Assembly: GCA_012728725.1 (NCBI GenBank)
Contig: JAAYEM010000021.1
Span: 5,715 to 69,714, forward strand
From: Tissierellia bacterium
GTDB taxonomy: Bacteria > Bacillota > Clostridia > Tissierellales > Tepidimicrobiaceae
Reading direction: 5' to 3'
Length of the DNA: 64,000 nt
A model generated the notes under the pieces. It was not told the origin of the DNA and searched no databases. It worked only from the letters and a program-made list of their open reading frames with translations. Below are positions 1 to 10,866 of the stretch, piece after piece. The position numbers were made by a program, and so were the translations under genes. Within the stretch, counting starts at the first letter, position 1; every line of letters starts with the position of its first letter.

Positions 1-2370
1 TTCCTTTACAATCTGTTTTCCTTCCAAATGCTTCATTATTCCTTTATTTTCTTTAACTTTCTCCTTTATTACTTCCTGACCATCATCTACATTTACCATA
101 ATTGTGCCCCTTACTTTTCCATTGACTTGTACTGGCAACTCTAATATATCTTCCTTTATTTTTTCTTCATCATATTTTGGCCATTGAGATTCATGGAGCA
201 TTCCTGGAAGGCCAATAATCTCCCATAATTCTTCCGTAATATGGGGAGCTACTGGATTTAATAGGATTAAAAAGGTCTTCATATCAGCCTTTGTAATCTT
301 ACCTGAATCATTAAATTCATTTAGCAAGGTCATCAAGGCTGCTATAGCTGTATTAAATTTTAAGGATTCATAATCTTCACTTACCTTTTTAATGGTTTTA
401 TGAATACTGGCCTCTAATTCCTTGGTGTATTCATCCCCTGTAACTACTATATCCTGTAATCTCCAGACCCTTTCTAAAAATCTCCTGCAACCTTTGACCC
501 CATTTTCAGACCAGGGAACAGCCTTTTCAAAATCCCCTATAAACATTTCATAGGTTCTTAATGTATCCGCTCCAAATTCTGCTACTATTCCATCTGGATT
601 GATTACATTGCCTCTAGATTTAGACATCTTTTCATTGTTTTCTCCCAATATCATGCCTTGAGATGTCCTCTTCATATAGGGTTCCCTGGTATTAACTATC
701 CCTATATCATATAGGAATTTATGCCAGAACCTTGAATAGAGTAAATGTAGTGTAGTATGCTCCATCCCTCCATTATACCAATCTACAGGCATCCAATAAT
801 CTAATTCTTCTTTACTAGCTAAAGCATTTGGATTATGGGGATCTATATATCTTAAATAGTACCAGGATGAACCTGCCCATTGAGGCATAGTATCCGTCTC
901 CCTTTTGGCCTTTCCACCACATTTAGGACAGTTAGTCTCTACCCATTCAGTAATATTTGCCAAAGGAGACTCTCCAGTATCTGTTGGTTCATAATTTTCA
1001 ACCTCAGGCAGCATAACTGGCAACTGGTCCTCTGGTACAGGAACCCAGCCACATTTTTCACATTCTACTAAAGGTATAGGTTCTCCCCAATACCTCTGAC
1101 GGGAAAATACCCAGTCCCTAAGTTTATAATTAACCTTTCTTTCACCTAAACCTTGTTCTTCTAACCAGTTAGATATTTTCTCTATGGCTTCCTTTACCTC
1201 TAATCCGTTTATCAATTCTGAATTTACTAATATGCCGGACTCTGTGTCAGTATAGGCTTCCTTTTCCACATTTCCACCTTTTACAACCTCAACTATAGGC
1301 AAATTAAACTTCTTTGCAAATTCCCAATCCCTACTATCATGGGCTGGTACCGCCATTATGGCTCCAGTTCCATAGGTCATCAGTACGTAGTCAGAAATCC
1401 AAATGGGTATTTCCTTATTTGTAACTGGATTAATAGCTTTTAACCCCTTTATTTCTACTCCTGTCTTTTCCTTTGACAATTCTGTTCTTTCAAAATCCGA
1501 TTTTTTACTAACGTATTCTTGGTATTTTCTAACTTCATCCATGTTTTCTATTATGTCTTTATATTTCTCAATTAATGGATGCTCAGGAGCAATGACCATA
1601 TAAGTAGCACCGTATAAAGTATCGGGACGGGTTGTAAATACCTTTAATACATCCTCTTTTTCAGCAATTTTAAAATATACTTCCATTCCTTCTGAGCGAC
1701 CTATCCAATTTATCTGTTGGGTTTTGACCCTTTCTATATAGTCTACCAACTCTAAATCATCTATTAATCTATCTGCATACTCAGTAATCTTTAGCATCCA
1801 CTGATTTTTAACCTTCCTTACTACCTCTCCACCACATCTTTCGCAGGCTCCTCCTACCACCTCTTCATTGGCAAGGCCTACTTTACAAGATGTACACCAA
1901 TTAATGGGCATTTCCTTTTTATAGGCCAATCCCTTTTCAAAAAGTTTAATAAATATCCACTGGGTCCACTTATAGTAATCCGGATCTGTAGTGTTAATCT
2001 CTCTGGACCAATCAAAGGAAAAACCTATGGACTTCAACTGTTTTTTAAATCTTTCAACATTTTTTTCTGTGACTATTCTTGGATGTATTTTATGCTTTAT
2101 AGCATAATTTTCCGTTGGCAATCCAAAAGCATCCCACCCCATTGGGAATAATACGTTATACCCTTCTAGTCTTCTCTTTCTTGATACTATATCTAAGGCT
2201 GTATAGGATCTAGGATGGCCAACATGCAATCCCTCGCCAGAAGGATATGGAAACTCTACTAGGGCATAAAATTTGGGCAATGATTTATCATCTTTGGCTT
2301 CAAAAACCCTTTTCTCTTCCCAAATATCCTGCCATTTTTTTTCAATTTCATTTGGTCTATACTCTTTCAT
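1..2370 (-). CDS. leuS: Leucyl-tRNA synthetase; 3' end lies outside the window
   Basis: Minus-strand frame open from ATG at 2370-2368 to position 1 (790 codons, so absent from the ORF track). The N-terminus translates to [19 protein letters not shown]...[17 protein letters not shown] (class I HIGH motif) and continues with typical LeuRS sequence. GGAGGAG RBS at 2379-2385. Leu T-box upstream. Confidence 0.9.
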   Translation of the reverse strand, partial: MKEYRPNEIEKKWQDIWEEKRVFEAKDDKSLPKFYALVEFPYPSGEGLHVGHPRSYTALDIVSRKRRLEGYNVLFPMGWDAFGLPTENYAIKHKIHPRIVTEKNVERFKKQLKSIGFSFDWSREINTTDPDYYKWTQWIFIKLFEKGLAYKKEMPINWCTSCKVGLANEEVVGGACERCGGEVVRKVKNQWMLKITEYADRLIDDLELVDYIERVKTQQINWIGRSEGMEVYFKIAEKEDVLKVFTTRPDTLYGATYMVIAPEHPLIEKYKDIIENMDEVRKYQEYVSKKSDFERTELSKEKTGVEIKGLKAINPVTNKEIPIWISDYVLMTYGTGAIMAVPAHDSRDWEFAKKFNLPIVEVVKGGNVEKEAYTDTESGILVNSELINGLEVKEAIEKISNWLEEQGLGERKVNYKLRDWVFSRQRYWGEPIPLVECEKCGWVPVPEDQLPVMLPEVENYEPTDTGESPLANITEWVETNCPKCGGKAKRETDTMPQWAGSSWYYLRYIDPHNPNALASKEELDYWMPVDWYNGGMEHTTLHLLYSRFWHKFLYDIGIVNTREPYMKRTSQGMILGENNEKMSKSRGNVINPDGIVAEFGADTLRTYEMFIGDFEKAVPWSENGVKGCRRFLERVWRLQDIVVTGDEYTKELEASIHKTIKKVSEDYESLKFNTAIAALMTLLNEFNDSGKITKADMKTFLILLNPVAPHITEELWEIIGLPGMLHESQWPKYDEEKIKEDILELPVQVNGKVRGTIMVNVDDGQEVIKEKVKENKGIMKHLEGKQIVKE

Positions 2371-2399
2371 ATTCTGATCTCCTCCTACTACTTCTTAAT

Positions 2400-2645
2400 A
2401 CAAAAAACCTTCCGTCAATACAATAGAGACGAAAGGTAAATTCCGCGGTACCACCCTACTTGGTAGATAATTAATATCTACCCACTTTTTAATATAACGG
2501 ATTACAACCGGCTAAAGTTACTCCTTCTTCACCTTAGCAACTCCAGGACGAGTTCAGCCTTGATTGATGCTATTTTCCACCTACCAATAGCTCTCTATAA
2601 TCAATCAACAGCCTACTACTTCCTGTCATAGTTCCTATTAATTTC
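2400..2645 (-). promoter_or_regulatory. T-box leader (Leu specifier CUC) with intrinsic terminator
   Basis: The minus strand contains the conserved T-box sequence AGTAGGGTGGTACCGCGG. The stem I elements AGAGAG and GGTGGAAA are present. The specifier-loop context is GAA-CTC-G at 2550-2552. The terminator is ACCTTTCGT...ACGGAAGGT followed by TTTTTT (about 2402-2436). A TTGATT-17-TATACT promoter lies upstream. Confidence 0.9.
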
Positions 2646-2687
2646 TGTATTAGTATAGCAAATTTATTATATAAAATCAAGGCCATA

Positions 2688-4076
2688 TTAAAATTCCGCA
2701 GATTTGACCGTTCTAGGGAAAGGAATCACATCCCTAATATTGCTCATCCCCGTTATATACATGATTGCCCTTTCAAAACCTAATCCAAAGCCTGCATGTT
2801 TTACACTTCCATACTTTCTCAATTCTAAGTACCACCAATAATCTTCCTTATCCATGCCCATCTCTTCAATTCTTTTCTCTAGTAAATCTAGTCTTTCCTC
2901 CCTTTGGCTACCACCAATTATTTCTCCCACTCCTGGAACTAATAGGTCCATGGCAGCCACTGTTTTGCCATCATCATTTAAGCGCATATAGAAAGCCTTT
3001 ATATCCTTTGGATAATCTGTAACAAAAACTGGCCCCTTAAATATCTTTTCAGAAATATATCTTTCGTGTTCAGTTTGAAGGTCCATTCCCCATTCTACTG
3101 GATACTGGAAATCCACCTTTGCCTTTTTAAGTAAATCAATAGCCTCTGTATAAGTAATACGGCCAAATTCTGAGTTAATAATGTTTTCCAATCTTTCAAT
3201 CAATCCCTTATCGATGAAGGTATTGAAAAATTCCATCTCTTCTTTGGCATTTTCTAACACATATTGTAAAATGTATTTCATCATATCCTCAGCCAATTTC
3301 ATATTGTCCTCCAAATCAGCAAAGGCAATTTCAGGTTCTACCATCCAAAATTCTGCAGCATGCCTAGCTGTATTGGAATTTTCTGCCCTAAAGGTTGGCC
3401 CAAAGGTATATATTTTTCTAAAGGCTAAAGCATAAGCTTCTCCCTCTAATTGACCACTTACAGTTAAATTGGTCTCCCTACCGAAGAAATCTTTACTGTA
3501 ATCCACCTTATTATCCTCAGTTAAAGGTACATTAGCCAAATCAAAATTTGTTACCTTAAACATTTCACCAGCACCCTCTGCATCACTGCCGGTTATAATT
3601 GGGGTATGGACATATACAAAATTCCTTTCCTGGAAAAATTTATGGATTGCATAAGCAGTTAATGACCTTACCCTAAATACAGCACTGAAGGTATTACTTC
3701 TAGGCCTTAGATGGGCAATAGTCCTTAAATATTCAAAAGTATGTCTTTTCTTCTGCAAAGGATAATCGCTAGAGGAATGGCCTTCCACAGCTACCTCCTT
3801 AGCTTGAATTTCAAAGGGTTGTTTAGCTCCTTTGGTTTCTATTAAGGTACCCTTTACGCATATGGCAGTGCTTATGGGAAGTTTTTCTATATCCTTAAAA
3901 TTATCTAATTCATCACTAAATACCACTTGTAAATTTTTAAAAAAAGTGCCATCATTTACCTCTATGAAACCAAATTTCTTTGATGACCTTAAGGTCCTAA
4001 TCCATCCTTCTATTATTACATCTTTATCAAAATATTTTTCTGGATTTTTAAATATTTCTCGGATAGTTACTCTCAT
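2688..4076 (-). CDS. asnS: Asparaginyl-tRNA synthetase
   Basis: 462-aa ORF with an N-terminal OB fold (MRVTIREIF...[21 protein letters not shown]) and class II core motifs ([12 protein letters not shown]), typical of AsnRS. Preceded by a T-box whose probable specifier is AAC. Confidence 0.9.
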   Translation of the reverse strand: MRVTIREIFKNPEKYFDKDVIIEGWIRTLRSSKKFGFIEVNDGTFFKNLQVVFSDELDNFKDIEKLPISTAICVKGTLIETKGAKQPFEIQAKEVAVEGHSSSDYPLQKKRHTFEYLRTIAHLRPRSNTFSAVFRVRSLTAYAIHKFFQERNFVYVHTPIITGSDAEGAGEMFKVTNFDLANVPLTEDNKVDYSKDFFGRETNLTVSGQLEGEAYALAFRKIYTFGPTFRAENSNTARHAAEFWMVEPEIAFADLEDNMKLAEDMMKYILQYVLENAKEEMEFFNTFIDKGLIERLENIINSEFGRITYTEAIDLLKKAKVDFQYPVEWGMDLQTEHERYISEKIFKGPVFVTDYPKDIKAFYMRLNDDGKTVAAMDLLVPGVGEIIGGSQREERLDLLEKRIEEMGMDKEDYWWYLELRKYGSVKHAGFGLGFERAIMYITGMSNIRDVIPFPRTVKSAEF

Positions 4077-4104
4077 CTATATTCTCCTTTCCTACTATAT
4101 TCAT

Positions 4105-4335
4105 TAAAAAAACCCTCCATCCTCAAAGGGACGAAAGGTTCGCGGTGCCACCCTAATTGCTAAAAATTAGCCACTCAAATAAATCTATATAACGGTAGAA
4201 TCCGTCTAAGCCTACTCTCAATATGATTTCGGTTAGAAACTCAAGGATGTTCTTCAATATAAGCTTCGTATTGGGGTTCCACTATATCCCAACTCCCTAG
4301 GACTACGTCTTATATCTACTCTTCCCATCATAGTT
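4105..4335 (-). promoter_or_regulatory. T-box leader (probable Asn specifier AAC) with intrinsic terminator
   Basis: The minus strand contains AATTAGGGTGGCACCGCGAA (T-box core). The likely specifier context is TTGAAG-AAC-A at 4249-4251. The terminator is AACCTTTCGTCC-CTTTGA-GGATGGAGGGTT followed by T8 (4106-4141). Confidence 0.85.
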
Positions 4336-4365
4336 CATATTAGCTTTATATAATTATAAATTATA

Positions 4366-5691
4366 TTAGCTATTTTTGTCAAACAATTTTGTTAAATATT
4401 CCTTGATCTCCTTTTCATATCCATTTTCCGTCGGCTCATAGTATTTTACCCCTTCAAATTCCTCTGGGAGATATTGCTGCTTTACATACCCCCCCTTATA
4501 ATCATGGGGATATTTATACCCTTTTCCATGGCCTAAACTACTAGCTCCATTATATGATGCATCCTTTAGGTGGTTAGGCACCTGGCCTATAGGTTTATTC
4601 TTTATATCGTATAAGGCCTTCTCAATTCCCTTATAAGCAGCATTGCTCTTGGGAGCACAGGCCATATAAAGGGCTGCCTGGGCTAATACAATTCTTCCCT
4701 CCGGCATGCCTATTACATTGACTGCATTAAAGGCAGATACGGCAATATTTAAGGCATTGGGATCTGCGTTTCCTATATCTTCAGAAGCAAATATTATAAT
4801 TCTTCTGGCTATAAATTTAGGGTCTTCTCCTGCATTTATCATCTTTGCTAACCAATATAAGGTAGCATCTGGATCCGATCCCCTCATGCTCTTGATAAAG
4901 GCAGAAATGGTATCATAATGCTCATCACTACCCTTATCATATTTAGCAGATTTTACTAATATACACTCTTTTATTGTATCCAAATCTATGTTTATTATGC
5001 CTTCATTATCCTTGGGAGTAGATAAAACCCCGATTTCCAATGCATTCAATGCGAGCCTTCCATCACCTTCAGATATGGTAATTAGATAATCTATGGCTTC
5101 CTGGCTAATATTGATATTATAGTTTCCTAAACCTTTCTCCTTATTCTTCAAGCCATTTTGTATTATCTGATATAGGTCTTCCCTGCTTAAGAGTTTTAAT
5201 GGTATAACCATCATTCTTGAAAGAAGGGCCTTATTTACTTCAAAATACGGGTTTTCTGTAGTAGCTCCTATTAAAATAATTATTCCCCTTTCCACATAAG
5301 GAAGCAATGCATCCTGTTGTGCCTTATTAAACCTATGGATTTCATCTATGAATAAAATAGTCCTCCTATTGTAAAGCTTTAAATTCTCCTCAGCCTTACT
5401 GATTACTTCCCGTATTTCCTTAATCCCTGATGTAACAGCAGATATCTTTTCAAAATTCATATTTGTTGAATTGGCTATTATCATGGCTAAGGTGGTTTTA
5501 CCTGTACCTGGTGGTCCATAAAATATCATTGAATTAATCCTATCGGCCTTTATAGCCCTATATAAAAATTTCCCTTCCCCTAATATATGCTTTTGACCAA
5601 CAAATTCAGATAAGTTTTCAGGCCTCATCCTATCGGCTAAAGGAGCATTCTTTTTTAAATTATTTTCCATATTATAAGTAAATAAATCCAT
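4366..5691 (-). CDS. rarA: Replication-associated recombination protein A (AAA+ ATPase, MgsA/RarA)
   Basis: 441 aa with Walker A GPPGTGKTT, Walker B LFIDEIHRF, and the conserved MgsA C-terminal domain (YDxxSAFxKSxRGSDPDA). Confidence 0.9.
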   Translation of the reverse strand: MDLFTYNMENNLKKNAPLADRMRPENLSEFVGQKHILGEGKFLYRAIKADRINSMIFYGPPGTGKTTLAMIIANSTNMNFEKISAVTSGIKEIREVISKAEENLKLYNRRTILFIDEIHRFNKAQQDALLPYVERGIIILIGATTENPYFEVNKALLSRMMVIPLKLLSREDLYQIIQNGLKNKEKGLGNYNINISQEAIDYLITISEGDGRLALNALEIGVLSTPKDNEGIINIDLDTIKECILVKSAKYDKGSDEHYDTISAFIKSMRGSDPDATLYWLAKMINAGEDPKFIARRIIIFASEDIGNADPNALNIAVSAFNAVNVIGMPEGRIVLAQAALYMACAPKSNAAYKGIEKALYDIKNKPIGQVPNHLKDASYNGASSLGHGKGYKYPHDYKGGYVKQQYLPEEFEGVKYYEPTENGYEKEIKEYLTKLFDKNS

Positions 5692-5746
5692 TTAATCACC
5701 TTTTCATAAAGTTTATTGGACAGAGGCCACCCCCTGTCCAATAAAT

Positions 5747-6811
5747 TTATTTAATGTCCTTTTTCACATATTCAGAGGTCATTGCCCCTAGAACTCCTCC
5801 ATAACTTAAATTAAACCTTATCTTGTCCCCAACCTTATAATTTATAGAGCTATCTGTCCCATCTAATATTAGATGGTCACTACTTCCTCCTAAAATTGAT
5901 ACTCCTTCATCTACAGGGATTAGGGTGTCCAACTGCAAATCCTGCTTTCCAATAGCAGCCAGCATTCTCTTTCTAATTCCCTTATCCACAAAAGTAGGCA
6001 CCTTTCCAAAGGCATCCCTACCAATTTCCCCTGTTGGCACTGAAGGTTTCTCCTTTACCTCGATTATTTCCGCTACCACTTGGAAGGCATCATTATAGGT
6101 ATTCTCTATTCTATTACCATAAGCAGTTTCAAGGCCTAACACTAAAGACTCTCCTAATCTTAACATGTTAATTCCTTCAATAGTTTTACCCTTTAGGAGT
6201 AGATGTAAACTACTAGAATTTCCACCAGATATTATTTCCAATTTAATATTATATTTTTCCTCTATATTTCTTGCTATATTTACCAATCTTCCCAGATTTT
6301 CTTCATTAGGGATTACCCCTCCATAACAAGTCAAATTGGTCCCTATACCTATTAGTTGAATACCCTCTAGTTTTAATACCTCTCCCGCTACTTCATAAAA
6401 CTCTTCTTCATCATAATAGCCTTCCCTAAGATCTCCTAAATCAAACATTAGTATTATTTTATGGACCTTATTCTTCTCCACAGCCTTTTCAGACAGTGCC
6501 TTGATAGTTTCTAATTCTGAGTTAAGGGATATATCTGCATATTCTACTACTTTATCCGCCTCTGATATCATAGGTAGCCTTAGCAATATTTTAGGTATAT
6601 CAAAATCCTTTAATTTAATTAAATTTTCGATCCTTGAATCTGCTAAATAGCTTACTCCTCCATCTACAAATGCCTTTGCAATTTCAGGATGGCCACAAAA
6701 GACCTTTGTAACACCTGCTATTTTTATCCCATACTTTTTCCCCAATTCAACCATACTTTTGACATTATGTCGAATTTTATTTAAATCCACTTCAACTTTT
6801 GGATATCCCAT
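5747..6811 (-). CDS. orr: Ornithine racemase (PLP-dependent, alanine-racemase N-domain fold)
   Basis: About 354 aa, and the last gene of the ornithine operon. I prefer the start at 6811 (MGYPKVEVDL) because a GGAGG lies 8 nt upstream; the track ORF begins 9 codons earlier. Confidence 0.75.
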   Translation of the reverse strand: MGYPKVEVDLNKIRHNVKSMVELGKKYGIKIAGVTKVFCGHPEIAKAFVDGGVSYLADSRIENLIKLKDFDIPKILLRLPMISEADKVVEYADISLNSELETIKALSEKAVEKNKVHKIILMFDLGDLREGYYDEEEFYEVAGEVLKLEGIQLIGIGTNLTCYGGVIPNEENLGRLVNIARNIEEKYNIKLEIISGGNSSSLHLLLKGKTIEGINMLRLGESLVLGLETAYGNRIENTYNDAFQVVAEIIEVKEKPSVPTGEIGRDAFGKVPTFVDKGIRKRMLAAIGKQDLQLDTLIPVDEGVSILGGSSDHLILDGTDSSINYKVGDKIRFNLSYGGVLGAMTSEYVKKDIK

Positions 6812-6927
6812 AATCAACCTCCATAATATTACAGTCAATATTTTTAAATAATTAAAAATTCCCTTACAATACCTTCAATGGATAAATAAGGCATAATTTA
6901 CAATAAGACAAAGGTATTCCCTTTGTC

Positions 6928-8289
6928 TTATTGTATTTGTAAGCTCTCTTTTAACAGTTTTAATGCTTCTTCTGGATATTTTCTTCCCATTACTCCTAAA
7001 GAAGCCATTATATAATAATTGTCTATCAATATATTTACTTCCTTTGTTGGCAATAACTCATTACCCTTACTGGATAAAGGAATTTCTTTAAGTATTTCAA
7101 CCCTGTTAGGTAGTCTGGTTAAGGCTCCTCCTGTTCCAATTATGGTTTTAACATTAGTTAGGTCTTTTCCTTCAGCCAGGGTTTTTTTACCTCCAGGTCC
7201 ATATACATGCCTTAAATGGCCTGCATGCCTTTTAACAGCAGTAATCACTGCATGAAGGGTTAATTTTTCCACAAAAGTTTTTTCCAATTCAGTCTCTGGG
7301 ATTGGTTTATGGTTTTCTATCAATCTTTCTAGTTCTTCCCCTGATATATTCATTTCCTCCATTAGTTCTTCTTTCCCTACCATATTAACTATATTGTGCA
7401 TATTGACATAAACTCCTAGATCCCCTTCAACAGTTCTTTTTGCTAAAGGTTCAGGGCTTATAAGAATTCTCTCTATCTCTTCACTGCCTTCCGTTACAGA
7501 ATGGACATCTGTAGTGGCTCCTCCTACATCTATGGTAACTAGATCCCCTATTTCCTGATATAGTAGGCTGGATGCCTCCATAACTGCTCCCGGCGTTGGC
7601 ATAATTGGCCCTGTCACCATTTCCCGAACCCTTCGCATTCCTGGAGCATGGATTATATGCTTTTCAAAAACATCCTGTATTACCACTCTGGTAGGTTCAA
7701 TATTTAATTCATCTATTTTAGGATATACATTATCTACGATGTATAGTTCAGAATTCTTATCCTTAAATAATTCCTTTACCTCTTCCCTGTTTTCAATATT
7801 ACCGGCGTATATGACCGGTATGTTTAGATTAAGATTGGCTATAAGCTCAGAATTATAAAGAGCAGTATCCCGCTCTCCATAATCTACGCCACCGGCAATC
7901 AATATAATATTTGGATTTATCTCTTTGATCTTTCTCAGATCAGATTCCCTTAATTTACCTGCAGTTATATACTTTATATTAGCCCCTGCACCTAATGCAG
8001 CTTCTTTAGCAGCCTTAACCGTCATGTCATATACAAGTCCATGGACGGTCATCCTAAGACCACCGGCAGCACTACTAGTAGCTATTAGTTCATCATATTC
8101 TATTTCTTTTACATTTAAATTTTTAGCTAAATCCTCTATAGCCTCCCTGAGGCCAATATTTACATCCCCTTCATTAATGGAAGTAGGGGCTTGCCCTTGG
8201 CCAATAAAGCCAGGGCAAGGATTTAGCTTAAAGGCATTTACTACTGTAGTTGTGCTTCCTATTTCTGCAACTAATAAATTAATTTTCAT
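6928..8289 (-). CDS. GlmL/MutL-family protein, putative D-ornithine aminomutase reactivase
   Basis: 453 aa with an ASKHA-like N-terminus (LLVAEIGSTTTVV) and TIDVGGATTDVHSV. It overlaps the oraE stop by 11 nt and sits at the conserved position between oraE and orr. Confidence 0.7.
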   Translation of the reverse strand: MKINLLVAEIGSTTTVVNAFKLNPCPGFIGQGQAPTSINEGDVNIGLREAIEDLAKNLNVKEIEYDELIATSSAAGGLRMTVHGLVYDMTVKAAKEAALGAGANIKYITAGKLRESDLRKIKEINPNIILIAGGVDYGERDTALYNSELIANLNLNIPVIYAGNIENREEVKELFKDKNSELYIVDNVYPKIDELNIEPTRVVIQDVFEKHIIHAPGMRRVREMVTGPIMPTPGAVMEASSLLYQEIGDLVTIDVGGATTDVHSVTEGSEEIERILISPEPLAKRTVEGDLGVYVNMHNIVNMVGKEELMEEMNISGEELERLIENHKPIPETELEKTFVEKLTLHAVITAVKRHAGHLRHVYGPGGKKTLAEGKDLTNVKTIIGTGGALTRLPNRVEILKEIPLSSKGNELLPTKEVNILIDNYYIMASLGVMGRKYPEEALKLLKESLQIQ

Positions 8290-10492
8290 TTTTCATCTCT
8301 CTTCTTTTCTTTACTAAGAATGTAGCTACCATGTCTCCATTGGTACCTCTACCAAAACCTGCATCCATTCCACTTTCAACAGCTAGTTCGTTGGAAACTT
8401 GGGTACCTCCAGCTACAAGGATTATCTTATCCCTAATTCCTTTTTCGATGCATAGTTCATGGATTCTCTTCATGTTCTTGTAGTGGATATCGTCATGGCT
8501 TATTATGGTGGATGCAAGGATTGCATCTGCATTAGTTTCTATTGCAGCATCTACTAGTTTTTCAACTGGTACTGAAGTTCCTAGATAATTACATTCAATT
8601 CCGTATTTTTCAATTCCACCGTGTTTAATGTCTATAATTTCCCTTAATCCTACAGAGTGTTCATCTTCACCTACTGTAGCAGCTACTATAGTCATTGGGT
8701 TATTCTTGATTTCTTCTCTTATTTCATCTTCTGTTAGTACTTCTGGTTTTGGTGGAATTACTAGCTCATCTATATCTATTGTGAAGTCAACTCTACCTTT
8801 TAGCTCTATTCTAGTACCTTCTGCCTGCTGCATAATCTCTTTGTGGATTACTTCTACATCTTTTAGGCCTAATTTGTTACCTATTTCTATTGCAGCAAAT
8901 TCTGCTACCCTTTCTTCAACAGGTAGGAATAGAGTGATTAGAATTACTCCATCTCCTAGCCATTCCATTTCTGGTTTAAGCTTGGATGTTTTTCTTAATT
9001 CCTTAGTTTCCTCTAATCTTACATATACATTGTCATTTTCATCTAGCTCATCTATATAGATAATCTTATCTGGATCTTCAAAAGTACATCCCCCTATTAA
9101 TTTAGAAGGATTGTCTACAGCTGTTTCATCATATTGGGCAACATTATTGTATCCAAAGTGGGCAGTTACTGGTGCCATGTAATCTGGTTCTCTTTCATAT
9201 ACAGTACCTGCTCCTACTCCACCGTCTATCTTTCTTACTATACCGTCCCCATTTCTTTCTGGATAATATCCAGAGTCTACAAAGAAGCCTTGTTCTACTG
9301 CATTGAAGTATCCTCCAACTTCAAGGATTTCTTCCATGAATAGAACAGCTCTTTCTTTTAGCTCTCTAACCTTCTCAGCCAATTCTCCTTCATGTCTCTT
9401 GATTTGTACCATTTCTGTTAGGCCATCCATACCTGCAAAGGCTTGTTTAGCGGTATCAACAGCTTCAATGTTGTATATATGCCATGGTACGTTTCTACCC
9501 TCGTCAGGCGTAATAGTAGATTGGATATCTGCTCTAGTTAATTGGGAAATAAGTAGGTTCAATACGTGGGTTACAGTTGCTTCCCTGGCAGATGATTCCA
9601 TATATTTTGTATTCATTTGAGCTCTCATCTTGTAGTCCTTAAACAGTTCTCTTAAGGCTACAGCATAAGGTAGATCCAGTCTCATACATGGAGCTGGTGG
9701 TGCTGTTGGTGGTACTGTAGAAAGACAAATGTTTTCCTTCTTCATTCCCACTTTTACTGAGAACATGGAGTTAATAGCGTGTTGAACCATCAACTCTGGC
9801 ATTACCTTCCAAGCTTCTCTAGCAGTAGCATTGGCATTGTGAGCACCATCTATTTGAGCCATGTCAGCCCATGCCATTACCTTCTTAGCACAAGCTGCAT
9901 CTACGAAGGATCTTACCATGTTTATATTTCTGTATAATATATTGTATTGAGGGTCTTGGTGAGCACCATTTACTCCTTCTTCAGCAAACATTACTGCAAT
10001 CTCTGGTCCTGCTACTCCAGATACATAGGAGTGATAATTAATTGGTCTGCCTACCTCGTCCTCAATCAGGTCTAGAGCTTTTCTTTGAGCCCTTACTTGT
10101 TTTCTAGTAATTGGAATTCCACCTATACCTTGTGGTGTACCTTCAATCAATCCATCATAATGGCTTTGTCCAGCAGTCCTAATTACCATTATATGGTCTG
10201 CACCGTGCCAAGCAGCCATTCTCATACGTCTAATATCATCTTCAAATCTACCAGAAGCAATCTCAGTAGTTATAACGGCTTTTGGCTGTGGATCAATATT
10301 TTTAAAGTACTTTGCTGCTGGTAGAGGTTGGCTGTTTTTTAAAGGCTTTGAGGTGTCATAGTACTCAAAAGGTCCCATTTTTCGTGGTTCAACTTCTTCT
10401 CTCCAAGTCCAACCTCTTCTCCTAGGCCTATACTTATCCAAATCCTTTAATATCTCTTCAATATCTAATTTCTCATTTGGTTTCAATTCCAT
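8279..10492 (-). CDS. oraE: D-ornithine 4,5-aminomutase, large (B12/PLP-binding) subunit
   Basis: 737 aa with a C-terminal Rossmann-type B12-binding domain (VGEDEHSVGLREI). Its start overlaps the oraS stop at 10492. Confidence 0.85.
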   Translation of the reverse strand: MELKPNEKLDIEEILKDLDKYRPRRRGWTWREEVEPRKMGPFEYYDTSKPLKNSQPLPAAKYFKNIDPQPKAVITTEIASGRFEDDIRRMRMAAWHGADHIMVIRTAGQSHYDGLIEGTPQGIGGIPITRKQVRAQRKALDLIEDEVGRPINYHSYVSGVAGPEIAVMFAEEGVNGAHQDPQYNILYRNINMVRSFVDAACAKKVMAWADMAQIDGAHNANATAREAWKVMPELMVQHAINSMFSVKVGMKKENICLSTVPPTAPPAPCMRLDLPYAVALRELFKDYKMRAQMNTKYMESSAREATVTHVLNLLISQLTRADIQSTITPDEGRNVPWHIYNIEAVDTAKQAFAGMDGLTEMVQIKRHEGELAEKVRELKERAVLFMEEILEVGGYFNAVEQGFFVDSGYYPERNGDGIVRKIDGGVGAGTVYEREPDYMAPVTAHFGYNNVAQYDETAVDNPSKLIGGCTFEDPDKIIYIDELDENDNVYVRLEETKELRKTSKLKPEMEWLGDGVILITLFLPVEERVAEFAAIEIGNKLGLKDVEVIHKEIMQQAEGTRIELKGRVDFTIDIDELVIPPKPEVLTEDEIREEIKNNPMTIVAATVGEDEHSVGLREIIDIKHGGIEKYGIECNYLGTSVPVEKLVDAAIETNADAILASTIISHDDIHYKNMKRIHELCIEKGIRDKIILVAGGTQVSNELAVESGMDAGFGRGTNGDMVATFLVKKRREMKNEN

Positions 10493-10854
10493 TATTCAGC
10501 ACCTCCTTTAAATGCAGCAACTACATCTTCCCACATTTCTCCATTGGCTAATTTCAAACCAGCTTCTCTGATATCCATATTTTTATCCCTAGCCAATCTG
10601 TATACTAAATGGCCAGCACCCTTTCCTAATAATCCTCTGTCTATAGCCCCTTCTACTATAGCCTGGGCTTCTAAACTAGAGAAGCCCATTCTAAGTAGAA
10701 CAGATCTTTCTATAGAAGGAGAGGTGTGCTTTTCAGCCAGTTCGATTAGTGGATCTACGATTTTTTCAGCTAATTCCCAAAATCTTTGCTCTAATTCTTC
10801 TTCAGTTAAATTGGCTAGATGTTTTCTTCTCTCTTGATAATCGTCTTTCCTCAT
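10492..10854 (-). CDS. oraS: D-ornithine 4,5-aminomutase, small subunit
   Basis: 120-aa protein immediately upstream of, and translationally coupled to, oraE. Size and position match OraS. Confidence 0.8.
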   Translation of the reverse strand: MRKDDYQERRKHLANLTEEELEQRFWELAEKIVDPLIELAEKHTSPSIERSVLLRMGFSSLEAQAIVEGAIDRGLLGKGAGHLVYRLARDKNMDIREAGLKLANGEMWEDVVAAFKGGAE

Positions 10855-10866
10855 ATCCTTCCCCTC

